DNA from: Nanobdellota archaeon
Lineage (GTDB): Archaea; Nanobdellota; Nanobdellia; Woesearchaeales; GW2011-AR4
NCBI GenBank assembly: GCA_038046385.1
Contig: JBBSWH010000006.1
Span: 129,009-193,008, forward strand
Direction of reading: 5' to 3'
DNA length: 64,000 nt
Shown: positions 1-9,547 of the stretch, piece by piece
How the letters are laid out: each line of letters starts with the position of its first letter
How positions within the stretch are numbered: position 1 is the stretch's first letter
The notes under the pieces: generated by a model
The model's input: only the letters and a program-made list of their open reading frames with translations
Told to the model about the DNA's origin: nothing
Databases searched by the model: none
Position numbers and translations under genes: made by a program

Positions 1-2
1 AT

Positions 3-104
3 ACAGAATCAATGTTCAGAATTGTTCAGTCTATCCCATCCAAGAAAGCAGAGCCTTTCAAGCTATGGCTGGCGCAAGTAGGATATGAAATGGTTTATGT
101 TTGA
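3..104 (+). pseudogene. 3' part of a Bro-N/antirepressor-like gene, apparently truncated (5' end outside window)
   Basis: Frame 3 reads TESMFRIVQSIPSKKAEPFKLWLAQVGYE-MVYV*. RIxQSIPSxKAEPFKxWLAQVGYE is typical of Bro-N family proteins, which normally continue well past GYE. Confidence 0.6.
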
Positions 105-126
105 TTGATCTGAAATTATTCTTCTG

Positions 127-666
127 TTATTTTTTGCCGATTTTTTCTCCACCTGTAAGGATTAAGGAAATTTTTCCGACAAATTTCACAGCATTATCAT
201 AAATCTCACTGAGCCTTCTTTCGGTGTATGTCTTAATTGCAGAATATCTTGCAATATAACTTTCTGTTTTTGCATCTTCAAAATATTTCACATATTCATC
301 TTCAAAAATTTTGTAGGATTGGCTCAAAAGCTCCAAATCCTCTTTTTCTATTTCTCCCGGCACAAGCAAATGCCCCAATGCTATTTGGGCAGAGTCGTGA
401 TCTTTTACCTCATAGCCTTTGGAGAGGATAGCTGCTTTTGCAGCATACAGCATTGAATAATAGGAAATTGTAATTGCCCAATAATCCCAATATATCTTTT
501 TGGGCTGGTCTTTGTTTGGCTGCAATTCTTTAGCATGCTTTGCTATAAGCAGGCTGTTTTCTGCTTTTTCCAGAAATAATTTTATTTTAAACGACTGGCC
601 GGATTTGACTATTCTATTTTCCCTCAAAAATTCCGCAAACTGCTTTTTGTAATCTTCCTTACCCAT
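127..666 (-). CDS. HEPN domain protein (toxin of HEPN-MNT pair)
   Basis: FLEKAENSL...SYYSMLYAAKAAIL..G...DH signature; overlaps the upstream MNT gene. Confidence 0.8.
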   Translation of the reverse strand: MGKEDYKKQFAEFLRENRIVKSGQSFKIKLFLEKAENSLLIAKHAKELQPNKDQPKKIYWDYWAITISYYSMLYAAKAAILSKGYEVKDHDSAQIALGHLLVPGEIEKEDLELLSQSYKIFEDEYVKYFEDAKTESYIARYSAIKTYTERRLSEIYDNAVKFVGKISLILTGGEKIGKK

Positions 667-1225
667 TTAGCACCAGCTCCCAGAACTTTTCAGGATTATT
701 TAAGATTATGTGGTTAGCTAACACCTGTTTTCCCACGTTTTCTTCTTTTTCTTTCATCATCTGGTTAAATTCTTTTTCTGTTATGAATATTGGGTTTATT
801 TTTTTCCTGAACATCATCTCATATCTGGAAAAAGACAACGACCTGCTTCCATCTTTGTTTATTATCATCAGGTCTACGTCGCTTTTTTCATTTTCTGTTT
901 TCTTCGCATAGCTCCCAAACAGGATTACTATATCATTTGACTCTATTTCAGATGCTATTTTTGAGATTAACGGTGTTTTTTTTAAGAATTCTTTTTTTTC
1001 TTCTTCAGATGATATTGCCAGATATGGCTTGATTATTGGGATGATGTTCAATTCTATTAAAATTGCTTTTCCTGCTTTTTCTTTTGTGATTAAGCCAGAC
1101 ATCTTGCTGATTGTCCTGTGGAACGTTGCATAAGGAATACGGATTAAATTGCTTAATTCATGCATTGTGAACAATTTTCCAATATTCTTTCCCAGATAAT
1201 TTATTATTTTTAACTTATTATCCAT
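659..1225 (-). CDS. Minimal nucleotidyltransferase (MNT) antitoxin with N-terminal HTH
   Basis: LFGSYAK...SDVDL motif (GS..DxD); N-terminal HTH-like segment. Confidence 0.85.
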   Translation of the reverse strand: MDNKLKIINYLGKNIGKLFTMHELSNLIRIPYATFHRTISKMSGLITKEKAGKAILIELNIIPIIKPYLAISSEEEKKEFLKKTPLISKIASEIESNDIVILFGSYAKKTENEKSDVDLMIINKDGSRSLSFSRYEMMFRKKINPIFITEKEFNQMMKEKEENVGKQVLANHIILNNPEKFWELVLNG

Positions 1226-1274
1226 TTTTAGATAATATTATCCATATTTGATATATAAAGTTATCGGTTGATAC

Positions 1275-1305
1275 CACTGGACATCCCCGCGTGAAGTTTA
1301 TAAAG
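1275..1305 (+). promoter_or_regulatory. Conserved 31-bp promoter box ending in a TATA box (copy 1, upstream of AbrB-PIN-radC remnant)
   Basis: cactggacatccccgcgtgaagtttataaag; 25/31 columns identical across this copy, 17790-17820 (-) and 42991-43021. Confidence 0.7.
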
Positions 1306-1375
1306 GAGCTGTCCCTTACTATATCTAACCAGTTAAAGTACGAAAAGTTTATAAATACGTAAAACGTACTTTGAT

Positions 1376-1645
1376 ATGGTGATTATAATGAGGATGGAAA
1401 CAGCTAAAATGTCAGAAAGGGGCCAGATAATAATCCCAAAGGAGATAAGGGAAGAAGTCGGAGCTTCAACAGATTCTATCTTTGCAGTCAGTACTCTTGA
1501 TAAAGATACTATTGTGATGAGGAAGATTGACCGGGATGCCTTGGTTGAAGAATTCAGGCGCATAAGAAGCAGGACAAAAAAGATGTCTCCAGCCCAGATT
1601 GAGGCAGAGATACATGCATACAGAAAAGAGAAGAGTAGTTCTTGA
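1376..1645 (+). CDS. AbrB/MazE/SpoVT family antitoxin
   Basis: KMSERGQIIIPKEIREEVG swapped-hairpin motif; overlaps the PIN gene. Confidence 0.85.
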   Translation: MVIIMRMETAKMSERGQIIIPKEIREEVGASTDSIFAVSTLDKDTIVMRKIDRDALVEEFRRIRSRTKKMSPAQIEAEIHAYRKEKSSS

Positions 1646-2021
1646 TACCAATATTGTAATATCGGCATTTATCTCTCCATTTGGGGCTGCAGCGCAGATA
1701 TTTGAGATGTTTTTGGAAGGCAATATCATAAATTATACTTCTGAAGAGATACTCCAAGAGGCAGAAGAGGTTATTCACAGGCTAGAATTTACTGAGTATA
1801 TTGCTGATAAAAAATTCATGATTGATAATCTTAGAAAGTTATCATTGATTATAAATGTAACATCAAATGAAATGATTGTTAGGGAAGACCCTGCAGATGA
1901 TAAAATTGTAAATTGCGCTCTTGATGCCGGAGCAGATATTGTATCCTGGGACAATCATCTTCTTAAGCTGAAGAAGTTTAGGAATGTTAAGATAATTAGC
2001 CCGAAGGAGTTTCTTTTATGA
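1599..2021 (+). CDS. PIN domain (VapC-like) toxin
   Basis: VVLDTNIVISA...DPADDKIVNCAL...IVSWDNHLL acidic PIN motifs. Confidence 0.9.
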   Translation: MRQRYMHTEKRRVVLDTNIVISAFISPFGAAAQIFEMFLEGNIINYTSEEILQEAEEVIHRLEFTEYIADKKFMIDNLRKLSLIINVTSNEMIVREDPADDKIVNCALDAGADIVSWDNHLLKLKKFRNVKIISPKEFLL

Positions 2022-2072
2022 AAATAAAGGATATTTCACTTTCTCAAAGGCCAAGGGAGAGGATGAAGAAGG
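2018..2072 (+). pseudogene. radC: N-terminal remnant of radC (JAB domain protein)
   Basis: ATG overlaps the PIN stop (ATGA) and reads MKIKDISLSQRPRERMKK, the characteristic RadC N-terminus. Similarity ends where the convergent DUF2075 gene stops. Confidence 0.65.
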
Positions 2073-3959
2073 TTAATTTTTTATATTAAATTTGTCTAAT
2101 CTTTCTTGTATATAATTACTCAAATTTTTATCGCAGCAATAAACATAACACCCTTTTTGCCCCCTAGTCATTAAAGTTCTATAAGTATTTTTTATAATTT
2201 CATCTGCAATTTTATTTGCTTTATCTTGATTTTCTTTTGCTATCCTTTTAATTCCTTTTAGCGACTGGTCTGTTTTTGCACGTTTTGTATAATCAGTTAT
2301 AATCTTTCCATTTTCATATCTTAAATCCAATCCTATGATTATTCCTACATAATCAAACTCCAATCCTTGAGAGGTGTGAATACACCCTATTTCGTTTATA
2401 GATTCTTTATCTATTGCCCAAGTTGTTGTGTTACCTAAATTCCAACTCATTGAAAAATTGAATTCTTTAATGTTTATGTCATGAACTGTACTTTTATTTT
2501 TACCTTCCATATTCCAATCCCAACAATATCCTGCCAATAATCTAGATTTATTATTTATATTATTTTTTTCTATAATAATATTTTTTAGCTTATTTGGGTC
2601 ATCAACAACTTTAAATTCATACTCTTTTTCAAATCCATCTGAGTTAGCAGTTTCTCGTATTCCTAACAAATCATCTAACCATGCTAAGTATCCGTCTGAT
2701 CCATTACATCTAAACTGGGAATTTAATTCAAGAATTTTAACCTCAGCATCAAACAAAGAAGTGTATTTTATTATTTCTGATTTTCTTCCTATATCAAAAA
2801 TATCTACTTTTTGCCCTTCGTCAATAAAAAATACACTAAACTTTGAAGCATTAATAATTTCTTTTATTTGATTCTCTCCTAAATTTTTGAATAATCCTGA
2901 CTTTTCATTCAGCCTGTGTGCTTCATCTACAACTAAGGCATCAAAAACGTTTTTATCACAATCGTGAAAGAATCCAGAACTCTTGAATAAATTATCTATA
3001 TGGGATTTAGTGGTTGTTCCTCTTAATTTAGAAGCATAAACATTTCTAGGTGCAGAATTCTTTGATATATAATGCACAACCATATCCTTACTAGTTAATT
3101 TGACTAATAAATTAACAGCCAAAACTGATTTTCCAGTTCCTGGTCCGCCTTCAACTATCATCACTCTTTTTTTGTGGTCATTAAAGGACTTAAGTGCCAT
3201 AGACATTACTTCTTCATAGACTACTTTTTGGTCATCTATCAGGGTAAACTCATCTTTTCCTTTCAATAAATTTACTAATGAATCTTGTAGGGTTTTTGAT
3301 GGCTTTAACCTACCATGATCTATCTGATACAGGGAATATTTATTGTCACCATATTTTATGAATTTAGAAATAAATTTTCTAAGTTTCAAAACTTCTCCTT
3401 TTGTGTATATTGGGGCTTTTTCAATATAATAAGAATATATTGGATCTTCAATTTCTGGATTTTTCTCCCTATCGAGATTATGTAAGAAAGCGCAAGGGTA
3501 AACCCCAATATTCTCTTTTTGAACGTTTTCATTAAAGTCTTTGATTAGATTATGATAAGACCAAACTTGATAGGATGGGTGTGTTGATTCGTGAAGTCCC
3601 TTTCCCAATGGAGTCATAACTATTGCGTCTTTCCCTTCTACTTTGTGTACTTCATCCCATCTTTTTAATTCTATTATAACTACTAGATTTGATTTGTTTT
3701 CATCTTTACCAGAAATAATAAAATCAACTCTTTTACTGGTTGATGGGATACGAAATTCAATAGCTATCCCACAACTATTTGGGATTTCTTCTGCTTGAAC
3801 CACTTTATACATATATTGCATAGAATCTGACCAAGAACTTATCTCTTTTTTGGATATGTTTCCTATTTTTTGTTGATAATTTGAATATATCTCATCTGAT
3901 ATTGTATCATTTAACACAGAGCTACAAAATTCACTTTTTGTTCCTTCATATACTAGCAT
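2073..3959 (-). CDS. DUF2075 (Schlafen group 3-like) SF1 helicase with N-terminal nuclease-like domain
   Basis: Walker A GGPGTGKS, DEAH, QFRC, IHTSQGLEFDY, YRTLMTRG; N-terminal E...D...ELK nuclease-type motif. Confidence 0.85.
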   Translation of the reverse strand: MLVYEGTKSEFCSSVLNDTISDEIYSNYQQKIGNISKKEISSWSDSMQYMYKVVQAEEIPNSCGIAIEFRIPSTSKRVDFIISGKDENKSNLVVIIELKRWDEVHKVEGKDAIVMTPLGKGLHESTHPSYQVWSYHNLIKDFNENVQKENIGVYPCAFLHNLDREKNPEIEDPIYSYYIEKAPIYTKGEVLKLRKFISKFIKYGDNKYSLYQIDHGRLKPSKTLQDSLVNLLKGKDEFTLIDDQKVVYEEVMSMALKSFNDHKKRVMIVEGGPGTGKSVLAVNLLVKLTSKDMVVHYISKNSAPRNVYASKLRGTTTKSHIDNLFKSSGFFHDCDKNVFDALVVDEAHRLNEKSGLFKNLGENQIKEIINASKFSVFFIDEGQKVDIFDIGRKSEIIKYTSLFDAEVKILELNSQFRCNGSDGYLAWLDDLLGIRETANSDGFEKEYEFKVVDDPNKLKNIIIEKNNINNKSRLLAGYCWDWNMEGKNKSTVHDINIKEFNFSMSWNLGNTTTWAIDKESINEIGCIHTSQGLEFDYVGIIIGLDLRYENGKIITDYTKRAKTDQSLKGIKRIAKENQDKANKIADEIIKNTYRTLMTRGQKGCYVYCCDKNLSNYIQERLDKFNIKN

Positions 3960-3961
3960 AG

Positions 3962-4318
3962 TTATAGTTCATTATATTTTTTATTTGATCCTTTTGATTT
4001 TTCTATTGGGTATTTTTCAGAATTCTTCTTTAATTTTTTATTTAATTCCTCACTTAAATTGATATCGTACTTTTGTGCAATTCTTAAAACAAAATAAAAA
4101 ATATCACTTAACTCTTCAGAAATCTCGTTTTTCTTTGTTTTGATTATGTGTTCAGATTCTTCGTTAGATTTAAATCTAAAATGTTCTAATAATTCAGATG
4201 ATTCAGTAATAATCCCTATTGCTAAATCTTTAGGGTTATGAAATTTATCCCAATCTCTATCAACACAAAATTTTTTAACTTTGTTTTTCAAGTCATCTAC
4301 TGTGGTTTTTGAATCCAT
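3962..4318 (-). CDS. MazG-like nucleotide pyrophosphohydrolase
   Basis: RDWDKFHNPKDLA...ESSELLE...EELSD signature. Confidence 0.9.
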   Translation of the reverse strand: MDSKTTVDDLKNKVKKFCVDRDWDKFHNPKDLAIGIITESSELLEHFRFKSNEESEHIIKTKKNEISEELSDIFYFVLRIAQKYDINLSEELNKKLKKNSEKYPIEKSKGSNKKYNEL

Positions 4319-4361
4319 CTCTAGTAATTTCTTTATGTTTCTTAATAAACTTTACCCACCT

Positions 4362-4994
4362 TCACCCACACCACTTACACTCTTCTGCTGCATCTGGAAT
4401 GTTATTGGAAAGGACTTTAAGAGCATGAGATAATATTCTTTCAGCATTCGTAACATCTATCTTCATCTTGACTAAATCGGTGTTAAACAATACAGTTCCA
4501 TCAGCGTTGACTTTAGAAGGATGATAAAACAATAAATAAGCGTAATCATGAGTCTTATACCCATTCTTCCTAAGTAAAAAATTGTAAATGTCAAGCTGAT
4601 TCTGGTAATGGGCAGCTGTGTCGTCTTTCAGGGGAAAGCCGCGCGTTTTATAATCCAAAACAATGAACTTGCCGCTTTTAACAAGAATGTTGTCAACTGC
4701 CCCGCGTAACACATTACCAGAAGAATCAGTATATGAAATGCCTTTGAAGTTGCTTCTCCAAATAGCAAGCAAAGAAATATCATCAAACAACTTAACATTC
4801 TTCAGCTTAAGAGAAGGAGGCAATCCTTTCCCGATAAAAGAGTCAAAATACTCTTTCAAGACTTTATCCATGCCTGAAGGAAGAGAAGGAAATATGCTAT
4901 CAGGCCTTTTAATGTTTTTATTAAAATGAAGCCAAAAACACCTAGGACAATCTGAAAGAAGCGATAATGATGAAGGGGAAAATTTGTAGGTCAT
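4362..4994 (-). CDS. PD-(D/E)XK (RecB/Cas4-like) nuclease
   Basis: SPSSL...CPRCF, GAVD...LDYKT, QLDIY, C-terminal CKWC. Confidence 0.8.
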   Translation of the reverse strand: MTYKFSPSSLSLLSDCPRCFWLHFNKNIKRPDSIFPSLPSGMDKVLKEYFDSFIGKGLPPSLKLKNVKLFDDISLLAIWRSNFKGISYTDSSGNVLRGAVDNILVKSGKFIVLDYKTRGFPLKDDTAAHYQNQLDIYNFLLRKNGYKTHDYAYLLFYHPSKVNADGTVLFNTDLVKMKIDVTNAERILSHALKVLSNNIPDAAEECKWCG

Positions 4995-5875
4995 TTTATG
5001 TACCTTTTCATGAAAAACCTTACAAAATATTTTTGTTTTTCATTAATCTGGCTTGCTTCAAGGTTTTTATAGTATTCCATTCTGTCCTTGAATTTAATAT
5101 TAAGCATGGGGTATTCGTGCCTAATAAGCACATAATTTGCCAGTAACCTGCTTATTCTTCCGTTTCCATCAGAATATGGATGGATGGTAACAAACTTCAA
5201 ATGGGACAAAGCGGCCAGTTCAACAGGGTTCATTCTTTTTTCATTCTTGGAATACCATCCAAAAAACTCCGCAAGCAGCTTAGGAACATCTTCCGGAGCA
5301 GGAAAAGAAGTTCTGCTGCCGGTTACTATTATCTTATGAATTCTTAATTTGCCGGCAATGTAATCTTTGGATTCCCTAAAAATCATTTCGTGCCATTTAT
5401 TGACAATGCTTAGGCTTAATTTACCTTTAAATTCCATCATTGAGTAAAATGCCTTCCGATAGCCTTCGGTTTCCCTTACTTCGTTCAGGGGCTTGTTTTT
5501 TGGTGTTGTATTATGCAAAAACAACCCTTTTGTGTCATCCAAAGATAAGCTGCTTCCCTCTATCTTGCTTGAATTGTAAATGAAATGAACCAGAAAATCC
5601 TCAATCAGTTTTTGCTTTTCTTCTGCAGGCAAATTGTTTTGCTCTTTATCATATTTTGATTTTATTTCTTTGATTTTGCTGAATGTTATTAATTTTAGGT
5701 GTTTATATTCCATATCTTCTTTGATTTCTTCTATATTATCGGGAATTTTTTTGCCGAGATACTTGCTTAGTGTTTTGGTTTTTTTGCCTATCTTGAAATT
5801 GTGCTCAACATAGAAATATTTTTTCCCACCAACTGTTCTTTTTTTTATTGCTGCCATAAGATTAGTTATACCCAC
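4991..5875 (-). CDS. Fic family protein (class II, autoinhibited)
   Basis: HPYSDGNGRISR catalytic motif; SSKIEG inhibitory motif. Confidence 0.9.
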   Translation of the reverse strand: MGITNLMAAIKKRTVGGKKYFYVEHNFKIGKKTKTLSKYLGKKIPDNIEEIKEDMEYKHLKLITFSKIKEIKSKYDKEQNNLPAEEKQKLIEDFLVHFIYNSSKIEGSSLSLDDTKGLFLHNTTPKNKPLNEVRETEGYRKAFYSMMEFKGKLSLSIVNKWHEMIFRESKDYIAGKLRIHKIIVTGSRTSFPAPEDVPKLLAEFFGWYSKNEKRMNPVELAALSHLKFVTIHPYSDGNGRISRLLANYVLIRHEYPMLNIKFKDRMEYYKNLEASQINEKQKYFVRFFMKRYIK

Positions 5876-5955
5876 TTTCTTATAAATTTTGTGTTTTTTG
5901 TTGAAAAGTGGGGATAAGAATAGAGGGAATTTTTACAAGGGATTGAATAAATGGT

Positions 5956-6498
5956 TTACCCGAATTTTGACAATATCTGACGGCCTATTTTTGAAATGTA
6001 CTCTGCAGCTTCTTTGCTGCTTCCTTTAGAAGTAATTTGAATGAGGTATTCGTCTTTGGTTATGTAAAGAGTGTAATAGTAAATGTTTGGATCATTGTAC
6101 TGGCCGCCATAATCGTTTTCGTTGTTTAAATAAAATCTGCTCTGGTCCCCGTAATCATTCACACTGATTAATCCTTCAACACTGCGGTAGTGCTGGGAAG
6201 AATATTGGTATGTTCCGTTTAGATCATTTAGATTTGTAAATTTCTGTAATTGAATAATCACTTCAGTATCATTTAAACTATTAATGGTGTAGTCACAGAA
6301 GCTGTATTGCGCCAGCGGTGAAAATTCGTTGGTTGGGTATTCCTCTGTCAGGCAATCTGTTCCGTTGTTTTTCATTCCAAGCTGCTGAAGGTCTTGTGCA
6401 TCAAGCAGCAGCTCCTGGGTTCCTAGTATAGTTGTCTTTGCTGTTGAGCATCCTCCGATAAGCAATAAGAAAATTGTTAAAATTATAGCTGGTTTCAC
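5956..6498 (-). CDS. Putative lipoprotein, function unknown
   Basis: MK + hydrophobic stretch + LIGGC lipobox-like motif; GTG start. Confidence 0.6.
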   Translation of the reverse strand: MKPAIILTIFLLLIGGCSTAKTTILGTQELLLDAQDLQQLGMKNNGTDCLTEEYPTNEFSPLAQYSFCDYTINSLNDTEVIIQLQKFTNLNDLNGTYQYSSQHYRSVEGLISVNDYGDQSRFYLNNENDYGGQYNDPNIYYYTLYITKDEYLIQITSKGSSKEAAEYISKIGRQILSKFG

Positions 6499-6674
6499 AA
6501 TATCACCTTTATTTTAGAGGGGTGTTGTTGTTTTTAAATATTATTAAAAAAATGTCAGTTTTTTATTGTAAATTTGTGGGTGTAAAAAATCTTTTTTTAA
6601 GCTAGGGGTTGTGCTGAGTGGCAAGTCTGTTTTTTTCGTATTTTTCTTTATTTTCCTACTTATTTGGTTAGCTG

Positions 6675-6823
6675 ACCCTGTTGTTTCGTGTGGAAACGTG
6701 TTTCTTTCTTCTTTTCTTTTTTTCTTTCTTCTTCTTCTTTTCTATATAGAAATAATATATATAATATATAATAATAAGAATAAAATATATAATAATAAAG
6801 GGTTCCATAGGAAATCAAGGGGT
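6675..6823. other. Putative replication origin (oriC): two inverted ORB-like boxes flanking an AT-rich unwinding element
   Basis: gttccataggaaatcaaggggt (6802-6823, +) and gtttccacacgaaacaacagggt (6675-6697, -) match TTCCAnnnGAAAn...GGG. About 100 bp of near-pure A/T and pyrimidine tract lies between them, immediately upstream of cdc6. Confidence 0.8.
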
Positions 6824-6873
6824 GTCCTAAGTAAAAGCAATCTTTAAATACAACCTGTAAACCTCTGGTTCTT

Positions 6874-8079
6874 ATGGAGAGGGGGTTGGAAACATTCTTT
6901 GAGGTTTTCCTCAAAAAAGACAGTGTATTTTTTGACAAGAAAGCGCTACAGACATCTTTCGCGCCAAACATAATACTTCATAGGGAAGACCAAATCAAGC
7001 AGATAGCTAATATTCTGGCTCCTTCATTAAAGGGAGACCGGCCATCAAATGTTTTTGTCTATGGAAAGACAGGATCAGGAAAAACACTTACCATAAAACA
7101 CACAACACAAAAACTAGCAGAGGTAGCAGAAAAAGAGCAAGTTCCGTTAAAAATAATATACATCAACTGCAAGCTAAAGCGCGGAACAGACACAGAATAT
7201 AGGTTAATAGCACAGTTGGCAAGAGAATTGGGAAAAGCAATCCCACCAACAGGTTTGCCAACAGAAGAGGTTTACAGAATATTTCTTAAGGCAATCAACA
7301 AAGAAAAAAGAAATTACATTCTAGTACTAGACGAAATTGACCAGTTAGTCAATAAAATAGGAGATTCTGTTTTATACAATCTTACAAGGATGAATGAGGA
7401 AAATACAGAATCACAAATATCAATCATTGGAATATCAAACGACGTAACATTTGTAGATGCTTTAGACCCAAGAGTAAGGTCCTCAATGTCAGAAGAGGAA
7501 ATTGTTTTTCCACCGTACAATGCGATGCAAATCCAGGCAATTTTAAGGCAGAGAACAGATATTGCATTCAACAAAGAAACAATAGAGGCTGGTGTTATAG
7601 AAAAATGCGCAGCATACGCAGCAAGAGACCATGGAGATGCACGCAGAGCTTTAGAATTAATGAGGGTATCGGGCGAAATTGCAGACAGAAAGAATGAAAA
7701 GAAAATTACTGTAACCCATATTGATGAAGCTGAAGATAAGATAGACAGGGACAGGATAGTTGACATTGTGGCATCGCAGCCGAAGCAATACCAGTTAGTT
7801 CTGCAATCTATTCTTTCCTTGCAGCCAGAAAGAAAAAACAGCATTTTCACAGGGGAAATTTACGAGCTGTACAAGTCGCTGTGCAAGAAAACAAACACAA
7901 CAGTCTTGACACAAAGAAGAATATCAGATATTATTTCAGAGTTTGACATGCTTGGAATTGTTAACGCAAAAGTTATCTCAAAGGGAAGATACGGAAGAAC
8001 GAGGGATATTTCAGTGGAGATCCCGGAAGCAGCTTTGAAGAGAATAAAAACAATACTTTTAGACACATTAAACATCTAA
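6874..8079 (+). CDS. cdc6: Orc1/Cdc6 replication initiator
   Basis: GKTGSGKT, LDEID, GDARRAL, C-terminal winged helix (SKGRYGRT). Confidence 0.97.
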   Translation: MERGLETFFEVFLKKDSVFFDKKALQTSFAPNIILHREDQIKQIANILAPSLKGDRPSNVFVYGKTGSGKTLTIKHTTQKLAEVAEKEQVPLKIIYINCKLKRGTDTEYRLIAQLARELGKAIPPTGLPTEEVYRIFLKAINKEKRNYILVLDEIDQLVNKIGDSVLYNLTRMNEENTESQISIIGISNDVTFVDALDPRVRSSMSEEEIVFPPYNAMQIQAILRQRTDIAFNKETIEAGVIEKCAAYAARDHGDARRALELMRVSGEIADRKNEKKITVTHIDEAEDKIDRDRIVDIVASQPKQYQLVLQSILSLQPERKNSIFTGEIYELYKSLCKKTNTTVLTQRRISDIISEFDMLGIVNAKVISKGRYGRTRDISVEIPEAALKRIKTILLDTLNI

Positions 8080-8080
8080 A

Positions 8081-9547
8081 ATGCAAGAATTCATACAGCA
8101 AAAAAAGGAAGTAATAGGCACTTTTCTAAAAGAGGGTGTTCTTGTAAGCTCTGAATTATTGAAGCAGATGGAAACAGAGGAAGGAATAAAAAAAATTATA
8201 GAACTTCTTAAAACAAAAAAAGCAGAGGATATTGCCGTCATAAATAACATTGCAGACATTCAAAAACCAGAAATAAAATCAAAGATAGAAAAAGTAAGAA
8301 TCATAGAATCATACAAAGACGAGCCAAAGAAAAGAGAGATGCAGGATTTTGTTGATTACTTCACAGCAAGATACAAGGGAATGGAGAAATTAATCAAGAA
8401 CAGGCAGGAAATGGCTTCAACAATTTCCATAAACAAGCTGTACAACAAGAAAGACAAGGAAAATGTTGTAATCATCGGGATGGTGAGCGACAAGCAGGTC
8501 ACAAAGAACGGAAATATTATGTTAAAACTGGAAGACCCGACAGGATACACCAAGGCAATCATCAACAAAACAAAGCCTGAGCTGTTCAACGAGGCAAAAA
8601 ACATTGTTCTTGATGAAGTTATCGGGATAACCGGATCCAACATAAATAATTTTGTTTTCATTAACAGCATAGTGTGGCCCGATATACCGACGACAAAAGA
8701 GCTAAAAAAAGCAACAGAAGAAACGTACGCTGTTTTTCTTTCAGATTTGCACGTTGGCTCGTCAAAATTCCTGCCTGAAGATTTTGACAAGTTTCTAAAA
8801 TGGATTAACGGAGAAACAGGGAATGAGCAGCAAAAAGCTTTGGCAAAAAAAGTTGAATATATATTCATTGCCGGCGATTTGGTTGACGGTGTCGGGATTT
8901 ATCCGAAGCAGGATGAAGAGCTTTTAATAAAAGATATTTACCAGCAATACAAAGAATGCGCAAAACTTTTAGACCAAATTCCAAAACATATTCCATTAAT
9001 CATATGCCCTGGAAATCACGATGCTCTAAGAATATCAGAGCCGCAGCCATTATTACCAAAAGATTATGCAAAGCCATTATACGAGCTTAGCAACGCAATC
9101 ATGGTATCCAATCCATGCACAGTAAACATAGGAGCAACAGAAGATTTTTCAGGGTTTGATGTATTAATGTATCATGGTTATTCTTTTGACCATTTCATTG
9201 CAGAAGTTGATTTATTGAGAAACAACGGCGGATATGACAGGGCAGATTTGGTTATGAAATTTTTATTAAAAAGAAGACATTTAGGGCCAACACACGGATC
9301 AACTTTATACCTACCAGACCAAAAGAAAGACCATAGAATTATAGAAAGAGTTCCTGATTTCTTCCTATCAGGGCACATCCACAAATCAGTTGTTGCAAAC
9401 TACAGAAATGTTACAATGATCTGCGGCAGCTGCTGGCAGGGAAAAACAAGCTTTCAGGAGAAAGTAGGGCACAACCCTGAACCAAGCAGGGTTCCAATTG
9501 TAAATCTTAAGACAAGAGATGTAAAGGTGTTTAAATTTGGACAATGA
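8081..9547 (+). CDS. polB: DNA polymerase D small subunit DP1
   Basis: OB fold plus metallophosphoesterase motifs SDLHVGS, GDLVDG, PGNHD, GHIH. Confidence 0.95.
   Translation: MQEFIQQKKEVIGTFLKEGVLVSSELLKQMETEEGIKKIIELLKTKKAEDIAVINNIADIQKPEIKSKIEKVRIIESYKDEPKKREMQDFVDYFTARYKGMEKLIKNRQEMASTISINKLYNKKDKENVVIIGMVSDKQVTKNGNIMLKLEDPTGYTKAIINKTKPELFNEAKNIVLDEVIGITGSNINNFVFINSIVWPDIPTTKELKKATEETYAVFLSDLHVGSSKFLPEDFDKFLKWINGETGNEQQKALAKKVEYIFIAGDLVDGVGIYPKQDEELLIKDIYQQYKECAKLLDQIPKHIPLIICPGNHDALRISEPQPLLPKDYAKPLYELSNAIMVSNPCTVNIGATEDFSGFDVLMYHGYSFDHFIAEVDLLRNNGGYDRADLVMKFLLKRRHLGPTHGSTLYLPDQKKDHRIIERVPDFFLSGHIHKSVVANYRNVTMICGSCWQGKTSFQEKVGHNPEPSRVPIVNLKTRDVKVFKFGQ

Noticed and set aside
4362-4994. 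Cas4/CRISPR system
   Set aside because: Stand-alone PD-(D/E)XK nuclease; no other cas genes and no repeat-spacer array seen in the window.
6611-6971. ORFs 6611-6847 (+) and 6660-6971 (-)
   Set aside because: Low-complexity translations of the AT-rich origin region; no protein-like features.
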